NCBI GenBank assembly: GCA_049512315.1
Contig: JBEKXF010000018.1
Span: 1-62,057 of the forward strand
Origin: Candidatus Aminicenantales bacterium
GTDB taxonomy: Bacteria > Acidobacteriota > Aminicenantia > Aminicenantales > Saccharicenantaceae
Direction of reading: 5' to 3'
Length of the DNA stretch: 62,057 bases
The notes below the pieces were generated by a model. It saw nothing but the letters and a program-made list of their open reading frames with translations, did not search any database and was not told the DNA's origin. The first letter of the stretch is position 1. Every line of letters begins with the position of its first letter. Both the position numbers and the translations under genes were made by a program. Below, in pieces: positions 18,370-28,879 of the stretch.

Positions 18370-19466
18370 GAGTGCAGCTCCGGGGCGTGCCCGTCCATGA
18401 GGGAGAGGCAGAGGCCGGCGATCTTCGAGGCCGGGTTCTCCGTCCTGAGGGAGAGAAGGCTCGTCTCCATGGCGTCGAGATCGGCCGGCCGGCTCAGGTA
18501 ATGGAAGAGGCGTCCGGCCACCGTCTCGGGAGTGAGCCGGACCTCGGGGATGACCTCGGCCCCGCCGACCCACTCGAGCTCGCGGGCGTTGGCTGTCTGA
18601 TGGTCCTCCGACGCCCCCGCGAAGGGGACGAGGATAGCCGCTTTCCGGGCCGCGATGATCTCGGCCAGGGTCGTGGCCCCGGCTCGGCTGACAACGAGGT
18701 CGGCCCGGCCGAAAGCCCCGGGCATGTCCGAGATGTAAGGAGCCACGGCGTCCGGGTCGAAACCGCTGGCCCGGTATTTCGAAACCACCCAGTCCAGGTC
18801 CCTCGTTCCGGTCTGATGGACGATCCGGAACCTGTCCCTGAGCGGCACGAGGAGGGGCAGGGCCGCGGTGACTTTTTCGTTGAGGAAGCGGGAACCCTGG
18901 CTTCCTCCGAAGACCAGGACCGAAAGCGGCCCGCTCCTGGCCTTGGCCGGCAGGGCGTAAAACTCCTCCCGGACCGGGTTGCCGAGGCAGACCCCCTTGC
19001 CCCTGAAATAGGGGAGGGAGCTCTCGAAAGCGACGACCGCTTTTCGGACCCAGCGGGCCAGCAGCCGGTTGGTGAAGCCCGGATGCGCGTTCTGTTCCAT
19101 GATGAGCGTCGGGATCCCTTGCCAGGATGCCAGGAGGACGATCGGGCCCGAGCTGTAGCCGCCGACACCGATGACCAGGCCGGGCTTTGTCCGGCGCAGG
19201 ATGGAGAATGATTGGGCGAACGAGAGGGGAAGGATGGCCAGCGCTTTCAAACTCCTGAAGCCCCGGCCCTTCAGGCCCTCGATCCGCATCGGGATGAACC
19301 GGACCCCGTATTCGTCCATAATCTTCTTTTCCACGTCCCGGTGCGTCCCGATATAGGTGAGCTCGATCGACCCATCCATTTCCCGGAGCTTCCGGCCGAC
19401 GACCAGGGCGGGGTAGAGATGCCCCCCCGTGCCGCCGCCGCTGATGATGATCATCCGCTCTTTCAT
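18366..19466 (-). CDS. murG: Undecaprenyl-PP-MurNAc-pentapeptide GlcNAc transferase
   Basis: GGGTGGHLYP, EQNAHPG, GNPVR, GGSQGS, SRAGATT, HQTANA. Confidence 0.97.
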   Translation of the reverse strand: MKERMIIISGGGTGGHLYPALVVGRKLREMDGSIELTYIGTHRDVEKKIMDEYGVRFIPMRIEGLKGRGFRSLKALAILPLSFAQSFSILRRTKPGLVIGVGGYSSGPIVLLASWQGIPTLIMEQNAHPGFTNRLLARWVRKAVVAFESSLPYFRGKGVCLGNPVREEFYALPAKARSGPLSVLVFGGSQGSRFLNEKVTAALPLLVPLRDRFRIVHQTGTRDLDWVVSKYRASGFDPDAVAPYISDMPGAFGRADLVVSRAGATTLAEIIAARKAAILVPFAGASEDHQTANARELEWVGGAEVIPEVRLTPETVAGRLFHYLSRPADLDAMETSLLSLRTENPASKIAGLCLSLMDGHAPELHS

Positions 19467-20581
19467 ATCCTCTCCTTGGCCCCGTTCTCGGCCTTCTTCT
19501 GGCTGATATGGAGGAGGAGGCCCACGGCAGCCAGGCTGCAGAAAAGCGAAGACCGGCCATAGGAAATGAGAGGCAGGGGGATCCCCTTGGTCGGCCCGAG
19601 CCCGAGGACGATGGTGATGTTCATGAGGGCCTGGGCGACGATGGCGAAGGTGACGCCGGCGGCGATCATCCGGCGGGTCGGGTCGGGCGCCGCCAGGGCG
19701 ATCCGGACGCCCCTCCAGAGGAAAAGGAGATACAGGGCGAGGGTGATCACGGCTCCGGCGAGCCCGGTCTCCTCGCCGAGGATGGCGTAGATGAAGTCGG
19801 TGTGGGCGAAGGGGAGGAAATAGAGCTTCTGGGTGCTTTGGCCGAGGCCCACCCCGATGAGTCCCCCGGCGCCCACGGCGATCTTCGACTGGTCGACCTG
19901 GTAATAGGAGCCGAGGGGGTCCTTGGACTGGGAGAAGAAGCCATGGATACGGCCGATGCGGTAGGAGGCGGAGAAGAGGAACAGGGTGAACAGGATGAGA
20001 AAGGCCGCGCCCAGGATCAGGAAATTCTTGACCTTGACCCCGCCGATGTAGAGCATCAGGCAGGCCATCATGGCGAGGAGGATGGCGGTGCCGAAGTCAG
20101 GCTCCATCAGGACCAGGAAAAGCATGACGACGAGGACGCCCAAGGGGAGGGCCAGCGTTTTCCATTCGTTCAGGCGGTCCTTCCTGTTCTCACAGTACCA
20201 GGCGAAGAAGAGGATCAGGCTGAGCTTGGCCAGCTCCGAGGGCTGGAAGCGGAATCCGAAGAAGACGATCCAGCGGTTGGTGTGGGCGATGCTGGGCATC
20301 GCCAGGCAGAGCGTCAGTAGGAACGCGGAGACGGCCATGAGCCCGTAGACGAAGGCCGGATGGAGGTAGAAGGTCTTCCGGATCGAGAGGAGGACGAGGA
20401 TCAGGGCGAAGCCGGCGGCCGCTCCCATGACCTGCTGGATGAGGTAGTAGGTCATCTGGTGGTGGGTCTCTTCCGCCACGTATCCCGAAGACGAAAAGAC
20501 CATGACGATCCCAATGGTCACCAGGAACAGGGTGATGAGAAAGAGCGGGATGTCGAAGCCGATCCGTCGGTAGGCACGCAT
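19463..20581 (-). CDS. ftsW: SEDS-family peptidoglycan polymerase FtsW
   Basis: RWI..FQPSELAK, EPDFGT, LPFAHTDFI, GIPLPLISYG. Confidence 0.95.
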   Translation of the reverse strand: MRAYRRIGFDIPLFLITLFLVTIGIVMVFSSSGYVAEETHHQMTYYLIQQVMGAAAGFALILVLLSIRKTFYLHPAFVYGLMAVSAFLLTLCLAMPSIAHTNRWIVFFGFRFQPSELAKLSLILFFAWYCENRKDRLNEWKTLALPLGVLVVMLFLVLMEPDFGTAILLAMMACLMLYIGGVKVKNFLILGAAFLILFTLFLFSASYRIGRIHGFFSQSKDPLGSYYQVDQSKIAVGAGGLIGVGLGQSTQKLYFLPFAHTDFIYAILGEETGLAGAVITLALYLLFLWRGVRIALAAPDPTRRMIAAGVTFAIVAQALMNITIVLGLGPTKGIPLPLISYGRSSLFCSLAAVGLLLHISQKKAENGAKERI

Positions 20582-20585
20582 CGTC

Positions 20586-21953
20586 CTATCCCCTCCGTCC
20601 CCGGGCCCGGCCGGCGAGCTTCCGGACCTCGCTCTTGAAGGTCCGGCCCCGTTCCTCGAAATTCTTGAACATGTCCCAGCTCGTGCAGGCCGGCGCGAGA
20701 AGGACGATGTCCCCGGGCGAGGCCTTGTCGAAGGCCAGGCGGACGACGTCGCGGTACGTGGCGGCCCGCTCCGTCGGGACCGTCCCCTCGAGCGCGGCCT
20801 CGATCTTCCCGGCGGCCTCGCCGACCAGGACGACCGAGCGGACGTTCCTCCTGACGGCCCGGCGGAGGGGCGCGAAGTCGGCGCCCTTGTCCCGGCCGCC
20901 CAGGATGAGGACGATCTTGTGGTCGAAGCTCGCCAGCGCCTTCAGGGCAGCATCCACGGTCGTCGCCTTCGAGTCGTTCACGAAACGGACGCCCCGGAAG
21001 GTCAGAACGTCTTCCAGCCGATGCTCGAGTGCCCGGAAGGTCAGAACGGACCGCCTGATCCCGGCCGCCGGCACGCCGAAGATGTGCCCGATGAGGGCCG
21101 CCGCCATCACGTTCTCCTGATTGTGGGTCCCCGGGAGCGGGATCCGGGACGTCCGGATGAGCCTCTCCGCCTTCCCGTCGCGGACGACGATCCAGCCTTT
21201 CTCAAGCCCCGCGCCCGGGACCGGCTTCCTCTTCCGGCTGAAACCGTAGACGGCCGCCGCGGTCTCTTTGGCCAGTCCCCAGACCAGCGGGTCGTCGCGG
21301 TTGAGGATGACCGAGGCCTCCGGGCCCGGCCGGAGAAAAAGCTTTTTCTTGGCGGCGGAGTAGCCGTGGAAGCTCTTGTGCCAGTCCAGGTGGTTCTGCG
21401 AGATGTTGAGGAAGGCGGCGACGTCGGCTTTGAAGAGCTCGGTGTATTCGAGCTGGAAGCTCGAGATCTCGGTGACGTAGATCTGGTCGCTCCGGCTTCT
21501 GTCCGCGAAGGAGATGAGGGGGGTGCCGATATTCCCCGCCAGGCGGGCCTTGAGCCCGGCCTCCTTCAGGATCTTGTGGGCCAGGGTCGTGGTCGTTGAT
21601 TTCCCATTGGACCCGGTGATGGCCACGATCTTTCCCTCGAGGAACCGGTAGGCCAGCTCGATCTCGGAAAGGACGGGGATCCCCTTCTCGCGCGCGGCCT
21701 TGATCTCCGGCAGGGGAGGCACCCCCGGGCTGGGGATGATGAGGTCGGCATCGAGGAACGTCTGGAGCCTGTGGCCGCCCGTCTCGAACAGGACCCCCCG
21801 CTCCCTCCACGGCCCGATCTTTTTCGCGAGCTCCGCCTCGGGCTTTTTCTCGGTCACGAGGACCCGGGCGCCCCGGCCGGGCAGGAACCGGCAGAGGGCT
21901 TCGCCCGTCCGCTCGAAGCCGACGATGAGGACTTTTTTATCCCGCAGCTCCAT
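20586..21953 (-). CDS. murD: UDP-MurNAc-L-Ala--D-glutamate ligase
   Basis: SPGVP, ITGSNGKSTTT, EISSFQL, NDSKAT, SWDMFKNFEERG. Confidence 0.96.
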   Translation of the reverse strand: MELRDKKVLIVGFERTGEALCRFLPGRGARVLVTEKKPEAELAKKIGPWRERGVLFETGGHRLQTFLDADLIIPSPGVPPLPEIKAAREKGIPVLSEIELAYRFLEGKIVAITGSNGKSTTTTLAHKILKEAGLKARLAGNIGTPLISFADRSRSDQIYVTEISSFQLEYTELFKADVAAFLNISQNHLDWHKSFHGYSAAKKKLFLRPGPEASVILNRDDPLVWGLAKETAAAVYGFSRKRKPVPGAGLEKGWIVVRDGKAERLIRTSRIPLPGTHNQENVMAAALIGHIFGVPAAGIRRSVLTFRALEHRLEDVLTFRGVRFVNDSKATTVDAALKALASFDHKIVLILGGRDKGADFAPLRRAVRRNVRSVVLVGEAAGKIEAALEGTVPTERAATYRDVVRLAFDKASPGDIVLLAPACTSWDMFKNFEERGRTFKSEVRKLAGRARGRRG

Positions 21954-21955
21954 GG

Positions 21956-23059
21956 CTATCTCAACTTCAGGGTCGAAAGGCTGAACAGGGCGAAGATGAT
22001 CCCGATGATCCAGAAGCGGATGACGATCTTCTCTTCCGGCCAGCCCGAGAGCTCGAAGTGATGGTGGAGGGGCGCCATCTTGAAGATGCGCTTGCCTCCC
22101 GACAGCTTGAAATACGAAACCTGGAGAAGGACCGAGGCCGCCTCCAGGATGAAGACGCCGGCCAGGGCGAACAGCAGCAGCTCCTGCTTGATGAGGATGG
22201 CGATGATGCCGAGTGTCCCCCCCAGGGCGAGGGCGCCGACGTCGCCCATGATGACCTGGGCGGGGTGGGCGTTCCACCAGAGAAAACCGAGGCAGGCCCC
22301 GGTCAGGGCGCCGCCGAAAACGGTCAGCTCGGCGGCCAGGCGGACGTGGGCGAGGTCCAGGTACTGGGACCAAAGGGCGTGGCCCGAGACATAGGTCAGG
22401 GCCGTCAGGGCCGTGGCCGTGATCAGGGTCAGGCCGATCGCCAGGCCGTCCAGCCCGTCGGCCAGGTTCACCGCGTTCGATGAGCCGACCAGGATGAACG
22501 CGATCCAGGGCAGGTAGAGCCAGCCCAGGTAAGGAGTCCAGGACTTGAAGAACGGCGGGAAGAGCCGGAGGTCGAATTTCTTGATGGGGCCGAAGTTGTG
22601 GAGGCCGAGATAAACCAGGACGCCGCCCAGGGCGCAGGCCAGGAGGACCTGGAGACCCAGCTTGGTAAAGACCCGGAGCCCCAGGGACCGCTTTTTTCGG
22701 ACCTTGAGATAGTCGTCGAGAAAACCGATGAGCCCGAAAAAGAACATGGCCGCCATGGCGATGCAGACGTAGGGGTCCTCGAGGTTGCCCCAGAGCAGGG
22801 TGGTGATGAGGGTTGCCCCGATGATGAGGACCCCGCCCATGGTTGGGGTCCCCTTTTTCGCATAATGGGACTGGGGCCCGTCGCTCCGGATCTCTTGTCC
22901 GATCTGATATTTCTTCAGCATCCTGATCAGCCACGGGCCGAGGAAGAGGCTCAGGACGAGCGCCGTGACGCCGGCCAGGGCCGTCCGGACCGTGATGAAG
23001 CGGAAGACCCGGAAAAAGGAAATGCGGCTTTGCAGCGGGACCAGAAGCCAGTACAGCAC
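21956..23059 (-). CDS. mraY: Phospho-N-acetylmuramoyl-pentapeptide transferase
   Basis: KKGTPTMGG, GFLDDY, NAVNLADGLDGL, MGDVG, MAPLHHHFE. Confidence 0.97.
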   Translation of the reverse strand: MLYWLLVPLQSRISFFRVFRFITVRTALAGVTALVLSLFLGPWLIRMLKKYQIGQEIRSDGPQSHYAKKGTPTMGGVLIIGATLITTLLWGNLEDPYVCIAMAAMFFFGLIGFLDDYLKVRKKRSLGLRVFTKLGLQVLLACALGGVLVYLGLHNFGPIKKFDLRLFPPFFKSWTPYLGWLYLPWIAFILVGSSNAVNLADGLDGLAIGLTLITATALTALTYVSGHALWSQYLDLAHVRLAAELTVFGGALTGACLGFLWWNAHPAQVIMGDVGALALGGTLGIIAILIKQELLLFALAGVFILEAASVLLQVSYFKLSGGKRIFKMAPLHHHFELSGWPEEKIVIRFWIIGIIFALFSLSTLKLR

Positions 23060-23062
23060 GGC

Positions 23063-24448
23063 CTACTCCTTTCCCCTCGCCCTCAGCTTGTCGACGATGA
23101 GGTCGGTCCGCAGGCCCCGCGAGCCCTTGACCAGGACGAGGTCGCCCTCGCGGACGACGACGTTGATCTCCGCGGCCGCGGCCCGCGAGTCGGGGAACGT
23201 CAGGATGTTTCCCCGCGGCATCCCGGAGGTCGCCGCTTCCTCCGCGATGTGGGCGGCCAGCGGGCCGACGGCGACCAGGATATCCCAGCCCGTGCGGACG
23301 ACGGCCGCGCCCGCCTGGCGGTGGAATTCCCGCTCGTCCTCCCCGAGTTCGAGCATGTCGGCGAGGACGGCGACCTTCCTGCCCGCGGGAAGCCCGCCCA
23401 GGCTTTTCAGCGCGGCCTCCAGGGCCCGGGGGTTGGAATTGTAGGAATCGTCATAAAGGCGAACGCCGCCGGCAAGCTGAACCAGGATGCCCCTCATGGA
23501 GAAGGGCCTGAGGCCGGCGATCCCGGGGCGGACCTCTTCGAGCGACAGGCCGAGGGCCCGGCAGACGGCGGCCGCGGCCAGCAGGTTCGGGACGAAGGCT
23601 TCGTTGATGAACGGGAAGTCGACCCGGGCTTTTTCTTTTCCGGATAGGATCAGGAATTGCATCCCTTCGTAGCCCTTGTGTCGGATGTCTTCCGCCCTGA
23701 CATCGCAGGCCGGGCCGAGGCCGAAGGTCACCTTCGGGCCCTCCCAGCTGGCGGCGATCTTCATGACCAGTGGGGAATCCCCGTTGAGGACCGCGGTGGC
23801 GCCTTCCCTAGCCCCGTCGAGGATCTCTTTCTTGGCTGCGGCGATCTCCTCCATGTTCTTGAAGAACTTGAGGTGGACGGGATGGATATTGGTGATCACC
23901 GCAACGTCCGGCGGCGCGACCGCGGTGAGCGCCCGGATCTCGCCCGGGGCGCTCATCCCCATCTCGAGGACCGCCGCCTCATGATGCCGTTCGAGCCGGA
24001 GCAGAGACAGGGCTAGGCCGAGCTGGTTGTTGAAATTCCTCTCGGACCTCAGGACATCCAGGCGCGACGAAAGGAGCTCGGCCGTGAACTCCTTGGTCGT
24101 CGTTTTTCCGATACTCCCCGTGATGCCGACGACCTTGACGTGGTGATCGGCCAGGACCGAGCGGGCGAGGGACCCGAGGGCCGCGACGGTGTCGTCGACC
24201 TTGACCAGCCCGAACGAGGGGTCCGGGAGGGCGACCTGCCTGGAGACGACTGCGCCGGCGGCGCCCCGGAAGGCCGCCTCAGCCACGAAATCGTGCCCGT
24301 TCCTCCGGCCGACGATGGCGAAAAAGAGCTCGCCCGGGACCGTGAGGCGCGAATCGATCCCAAAGGATGCGAAAACCAGGGCTGGGGAACCCTGCAGGAT
24401 CGTGCCTCCCGTCCTCCGGGCGACCTCGTCCATCCGCAGCGTCGCCAT
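23063..24448 (-). CDS. murF: UDP-MurNAc-tripeptide--D-Ala-D-Ala ligase
   Basis: IDSR, GHDF, ITGSIGKTTTKE, NFNN, DDSYNSNP, DMLELG, LVKGSRG. Confidence 0.96.
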   Translation of the reverse strand: MATLRMDEVARRTGGTILQGSPALVFASFGIDSRLTVPGELFFAIVGRRNGHDFVAEAAFRGAAGAVVSRQVALPDPSFGLVKVDDTVAALGSLARSVLADHHVKVVGITGSIGKTTTKEFTAELLSSRLDVLRSERNFNNQLGLALSLLRLERHHEAAVLEMGMSAPGEIRALTAVAPPDVAVITNIHPVHLKFFKNMEEIAAAKKEILDGAREGATAVLNGDSPLVMKIAASWEGPKVTFGLGPACDVRAEDIRHKGYEGMQFLILSGKEKARVDFPFINEAFVPNLLAAAAVCRALGLSLEEVRPGIAGLRPFSMRGILVQLAGGVRLYDDSYNSNPRALEAALKSLGGLPAGRKVAVLADMLELGEDEREFHRQAGAAVVRTGWDILVAVGPLAAHIAEEAATSGMPRGNILTFPDSRAAAAEINVVVREGDLVLVKGSRGLRTDLIVDKLRARGKE

Positions 24449-24449
24449 G

Positions 24450-25916
24450 TCAGGCGGCCTCCATCCGGCCGAGGATCTCTTTGATGACTTCGATGTCGTT
24501 GAAAGGGATGGTCCGGTCCTTGAGGATCTGATAGTCCTCATGCCCTTTCCCGGCCACGAGGACGTAGTCCCCTTTGCTGGCCATGGCCAAGGCCCGGACG
24601 ATGGCCTCTCTCCGGTCCGGAACGACTTCGTACGTCCGGGAGGCCTCCTTCGCGAACCCGTTCTCGATGGCGGCGATGATCTCCAGTGGGTCTTCGTTCC
24701 TGGGGTTGTCGGAAGTGATGACGGTCCAATCGGCCAGGCGGGCGGCCACCCGTCCCATGCGCTCGCGCTTGTCCTTGTCCCTGTTGCCCCCGGCCCCGAA
24801 AACGAGGATGACCCGGCGCGGCTTGAATTCCCGGGCCGTTGCCAGAAGGTGTTCCAGGGCGCTGTCGGTATGGGCATAATCGACGACGACGTGGATGCCG
24901 CGGGAGTTCTCGACCTTTTCGAACCGCCCCGGGACGCCCTTGAGCGCGGCGATGCCCCGGGCGATGTCCTGGGGGGCCACGTTGAGAGCGAGGGCGGCGG
25001 CCGTGGCGGCCAGGATGTTGTAAACGTTGTGCTTCCCCACCAGCCGGGATTGGACGCTGAGGATGTTGCCGGGGTGGGCGATCTGGACTTCCATCCCGTC
25101 GTCGGTCAGGCTGGACCTGACCGCCCTGACGATGGCCGCGGGCCCGAGCCCGAAGGTAATGGTTTTCATGGGCAGCTCGGCGATGAGCCTCTGGCCCCAT
25201 GGGTCGTCCATGTTGACGATGGCGGCGCTCCTTTTGTGGTTGATGTAAAAGAGCTTCCGCTTGGCCTCGAAATAGTTCTCCATAGACCGGTGATAGTCGA
25301 GGTGCTCGCCAGTCAGGTTGGTGAAGACGGCCACGTCGAAGCTCACGCCCCAGACCCGCTTCTGCTCCAGGGCATGGGACGAGACCTCCATCAGGCAGTG
25401 CGTAGCCCCCGCGTCCAGGAGATCCCTGAGCATGGCCTGGAGGTCAGACGCTTCGGGCGTCGTCCGCGCGGCCTGGGCCTTCAAGCCGGGTCCGCGATAT
25501 TCGATCGTCCCGACGACCCCAGGTCGGCCGCCGGCGGTCCTCAGGATCTCCTCCAGGATGTACGTGATGGTCGTCTTGCCCTTGGTTCCGGTGATGCCGA
25601 TGACCTTCAGGCCGTCGGACGGGTGGCCGAAAAAGTTCGACGAAGCCAGGGCCAAAGCTTCCCGGGCGTCGGAAACCTGGATCCAGGCCAGCCTGCAGGC
25701 CGGCGGCTTCGGCCAGGAGGAGAGGACGGCGCCCGCCCCCCCGGCCTCCGCCTCGACCACGAAGTCCATCCCGTTCCGGCTTTCCCCCTTCAAGGCGGCG
25801 AAGAGGAACCCGGCCTTGACCGATTTGGAGTGATATGCGATCCCCCGGATCTCCTCGTCGCCGCTCGCGCCGGACGTGAGGACCGGGATCCCTTGGAGGA
25901 CGTCCCTGAGCTTCAT
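24450..25916 (-). CDS. murE: UDP-MurNAc-L-Ala-D-Glu--meso-diaminopimelate ligase
   Basis: ITGTKGKTT, TTPE, MEVSSH, DYAHT, DNPR (mDAP-type motif), AGKGHE. Confidence 0.96.
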   Translation of the reverse strand: MKLRDVLQGIPVLTSGASGDEEIRGIAYHSKSVKAGFLFAALKGESRNGMDFVVEAEAGGAGAVLSSWPKPPACRLAWIQVSDAREALALASSNFFGHPSDGLKVIGITGTKGKTTITYILEEILRTAGGRPGVVGTIEYRGPGLKAQAARTTPEASDLQAMLRDLLDAGATHCLMEVSSHALEQKRVWGVSFDVAVFTNLTGEHLDYHRSMENYFEAKRKLFYINHKRSAAIVNMDDPWGQRLIAELPMKTITFGLGPAAIVRAVRSSLTDDGMEVQIAHPGNILSVQSRLVGKHNVYNILAATAAALALNVAPQDIARGIAALKGVPGRFEKVENSRGIHVVVDYAHTDSALEHLLATAREFKPRRVILVFGAGGNRDKDKRERMGRVAARLADWTVITSDNPRNEDPLEIIAAIENGFAKEASRTYEVVPDRREAIVRALAMASKGDYVLVAGKGHEDYQILKDRTIPFNDIEVIKEILGRMEAA

Positions 25917-27670
25917 GGCCTTTCCTTCTGCTTGAGCTCGGCCGTGATCATGCCTTTGGTGACCGGCCTGTCGGGCTCCACTCCGAGGTAGCGGAGGACC
26001 TGCCGGGCGACGTCCCGGAAGATCGGGGCGCACACCTGGCCGCCGTAGTAGAAGCCTTCCTTGGGATCGTCGAGGACGACGATCATGGAGATGGCGGGCC
26101 GGCGGGAGGGGACGAAGCCCACGAACGAGGCCGTGTGGCTGTGCGTCGAATAGGCTTTGAGCGTCGGGTCGTACCGTTGGGCCGTGCCCGTCTTGCCGGC
26201 GGCCCAGAACTCCTCGAGCCGGCCGAGCTTCGCCGTCCCTTCCTCGACGACCTTTTCGAAGACCCGGGTTCTCAGGCCCTCGGCCAGGTCCTCGCCGATG
26301 ATCTTATCTTCGGGCGGTGGACCTTGGACCGGACCGGCCGGGACGGCCGGCGATCTCCGGACGATGCGCGGCCGGACGAGCCTGCCCCGGGTCGCGAAGA
26401 CGTCCATGGCCCGGAGGATCTGGAGGGGAGTCACGTTGATCTCGTAACCGATGGCAATGTGAGGTTGGGAAACGACCTTGTTCCATTCCGCCACGGGGCG
26501 GACGCGCCCGGGTTCTTCGGCCGGCAGGTCGATCCCCGTCCGGCTGCCGAACCCGAATCTCCGGATCATCTCGTAGAGCTCGGCCTGGGCGAGCCGCGAG
26601 GCGAACTTCACGGTCCCGACGTTGGAGGACTCGATGAGGACCTTGGGGAAGGGCAGGATCCCCATGGGTTCGTGGTCGCGGATCGTCAGGGGGCCGACCT
26701 TGATGAATCCGGCGCTGCAGTCGTAATAATCGCTATAATTGACGACGCCTTTTTCCAGGGCCGCGGCCGCGGCCACGATCTTGAAGGTCGAGCCCGGCTC
26801 GTAAGGAGACCCGATCGCCCGGTTCAGCCAGGCTCCTTTCGACTCCGTGTAATTGTTGGCGTCGTATGTCGGATAATTGGCCATCGCCAGGATCTCCCCC
26901 GTGGCCGGCTCGCAGATGATGATCGTCCCGCTCGCGGCGGAATGATCGTCGATGGCCCCGGCGAGGGCCCGCTCGGCGATGTGCTGGACCGTCGCGTCGA
27001 TGGTCAGGAAGACGTCCTGGCCGGAGACGGGCGGCTTGGTGACCTGGCTCTGATATTCCCGTTTTTTGTTGTCTTTGAAAACGATCTCCCGGCCGTCCTC
27101 GCCCCTGAGGACGGGGTTGTACCTGGACTCGACGCCGGCCTGCCTGGATTCGTCGGCGTTGACGCCGCCGATGACATGAGCGGCCAGCGAACCGTTCGGG
27201 TAGACGCGCCTGTTCTCCTCATCGAACCCGACCCCGGGGAGTTTGAGGTCCCGGACCCGGGCCGCGACCTCCGGGGAAACCTTCTTCTTGACGAAGGTGA
27301 ATGAGTCGTTGTCGCGGAGGCTCTTCAGGATGTCCGCAACCTCCTTTTCCGAGAGGTCCAGGACCGCTTGGAGGCGCCTGACCTTTTCCGTTTCCTGGGC
27401 AGGGTTCTCTTTTTCGACGGGGCTCAGCTTGACCGTGAAGACCGGAAGGCTCGCTGCCAGGACCTTGCCGTTGCGGTCGTAGATCGTCCCCCGCCGGGCC
27501 TGGACGGTGACCTTCGCCCGGCTCTGGCGGGAGGCCCGGGCCTCGAAGCCGGCGTGGTCGATGACCTGGAGCTGGAGCAGCCGGAGGAAGAGGACGGCGA
27601 ACCAGGCCGCCAGAAGGAAGCTGACGACAAGCGTCCGTCTCCGGATGTCGCTCTCGTGGTAGGTCCTCAT
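25913..27670 (-). CDS. ftsI: Class B penicillin-binding protein FtsI
   Basis: RGTIYDRNG, EPGSTFK (SxxK), SSN, KTGTAQ. Confidence 0.93.
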   Translation of the reverse strand: MRTYHESDIRRRTLVVSFLLAAWFAVLFLRLLQLQVIDHAGFEARASRQSRAKVTVQARRGTIYDRNGKVLAASLPVFTVKLSPVEKENPAQETEKVRRLQAVLDLSEKEVADILKSLRDNDSFTFVKKKVSPEVAARVRDLKLPGVGFDEENRRVYPNGSLAAHVIGGVNADESRQAGVESRYNPVLRGEDGREIVFKDNKKREYQSQVTKPPVSGQDVFLTIDATVQHIAERALAGAIDDHSAASGTIIICEPATGEILAMANYPTYDANNYTESKGAWLNRAIGSPYEPGSTFKIVAAAAALEKGVVNYSDYYDCSAGFIKVGPLTIRDHEPMGILPFPKVLIESSNVGTVKFASRLAQAELYEMIRRFGFGSRTGIDLPAEEPGRVRPVAEWNKVVSQPHIAIGYEINVTPLQILRAMDVFATRGRLVRPRIVRRSPAVPAGPVQGPPPEDKIIGEDLAEGLRTRVFEKVVEEGTAKLGRLEEFWAAGKTGTAQRYDPTLKAYSTHSHTASFVGFVPSRRPAISMIVVLDDPKEGFYYGGQVCAPIFRDVARQVLRYLGVEPDRPVTKGMITAELKQKERP

Positions 27671-27682
27671 GGTCGATCGGGC

Positions 27683-27982
27683 TCAGCGTGACGCCCGGGC
27701 GTCCCCGTAGATGATCTCGCCGGGTTTGGGGTCGACGAGCCCGAGAGCCTCCCGGGCGATCTTCTCCACCCGCTCCGGCGTGAGCAGGGCGGCCTTGCGG
27801 AGCTCCAGCCGCAGGATGTCGTTCTTGAGGGCCTTGATCTCTTCCTCCCGTTTTCCGATGTCGACGCCGAGGCGGACGGCCTCGGTCTGGTACCAGACGT
27901 AGAAAGTCAGGAGGGCAACGAGGGCCAGGAGGAACCCCGCCCCCAAGGCGATCTCTCTCGGGCTCCATTTCCTGCGGATCAT
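27683..27982 (-). CDS. ftsL: Cell division protein FtsL
   Basis: TM helix + coiled coil + PERVEKIAREALGL; lies between rsmH and ftsI. Confidence 0.85.
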   Translation of the reverse strand: MIRRKWSPREIALGAGFLLALVALLTFYVWYQTEAVRLGVDIGKREEEIKALKNDILRLELRKAALLTPERVEKIAREALGLVDPKPGEIIYGDARASR

Positions 27983-28879
27983 TCAGGCCCTCTCCGCGGC
28001 CCGCAGCTTGGCGGAGCGCGCCCGGGAATTCCCGGCGACCTCGTCGGGGCCGGCCATCACCGGCTTCCGGGTCAGGATGGTGAGCAGCGGCTCCCGGTCC
28101 CGGGGCGAGGCGAGGCCGGCGAACGTGTGCTTGACGATCCGGTCCTCCAGGGAGTGGAAGGAGATGGCGACGAAGCGCGTCCCGACGACGGACATCCGGA
28201 CGGTCTCTTCGAGGAATTCCGCTAGCCCCTCGAGCTCCCGGTTGACCTCGATCCTGAGGGCCTGGAAGGCCTTGGCCGCGGGGTGGATCTTGCCTTTCTG
28301 GGGCCGCCAGCGATAGACCTCTTCGATGATCCGCCTGAGGTCGGAGGTCGTTTCGACGCGGCCGAGCTTTCGCAGGCGGACGACCTCCCGGGCCAGCCGC
28401 CGGCTGTGCGGGAGCTCGCCGCAGGTCTCGAACAGGTCCGCGAGCTTCTGCTCGGAATAGGTGTGGAGCACCTTGCTGGCTGTGATCTTGCTTCTCTGGT
28501 CCATTCGCATGTCCAAGGGGCCTTCCTGGCTGAAGCTGAACCCCCGCTCGGGGGAGTCGAGCTGGAACGAGGACATCCCGAGGTCGACGAGGACCCCGCG
28601 GACGTCCCGGAAATCGATGCCCAGCGCGGGGAGATACTTGAAGTCCGTATGGAAGAGCCGGACCCTCCCGCCGAAGGGCATCAGCCTCTCCCGGGCCTGC
28701 CGGAGCGAGATCTCGTCGCGGTCCAAACCTACCAGGGAGGCTCGGGGATTCCTCTCCAGGATCGCGACGGCGTGTCCGGCCAGGCCCAGGGTGCAGTCAA
28801 CGTATACGCCTTCCCGCCCGACGCTCAACAGCTCGAGGACTTCTGTCAGCAGGACTGGGCAATGTCCTTGCTCCGTCAT
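27983..28879 (-). CDS. rsmH: 16S rRNA m4C1402 methyltransferase
   Basis: HCPVLL, DCTLGLAGHA, DLGMSSFQLD, GPLDMRM, FQALRIEVN, SFHSLEDR, RARSAKLR. Confidence 0.97.
   Translation of the reverse strand: MTEQGHCPVLLTEVLELLSVGREGVYVDCTLGLAGHAVAILERNPRASLVGLDRDEISLRQARERLMPFGGRVRLFHTDFKYLPALGIDFRDVRGVLVDLGMSSFQLDSPERGFSFSQEGPLDMRMDQRSKITASKVLHTYSEQKLADLFETCGELPHSRRLAREVVRLRKLGRVETTSDLRRIIEEVYRWRPQKGKIHPAAKAFQALRIEVNRELEGLAEFLEETVRMSVVGTRFVAISFHSLEDRIVKHTFAGLASPRDREPLLTILTRKPVMAGPDEVAGNSRARSAKLRAAERA

Noticed and set aside
16981..19560. Apparent 859-aa MurC and 782-aa MurD N-terminal extensions in the ORF track
   Set aside because: The extensions are off-frame reads through murG and mraY; the true starts at 18369 and 21953 fit normal lengths.
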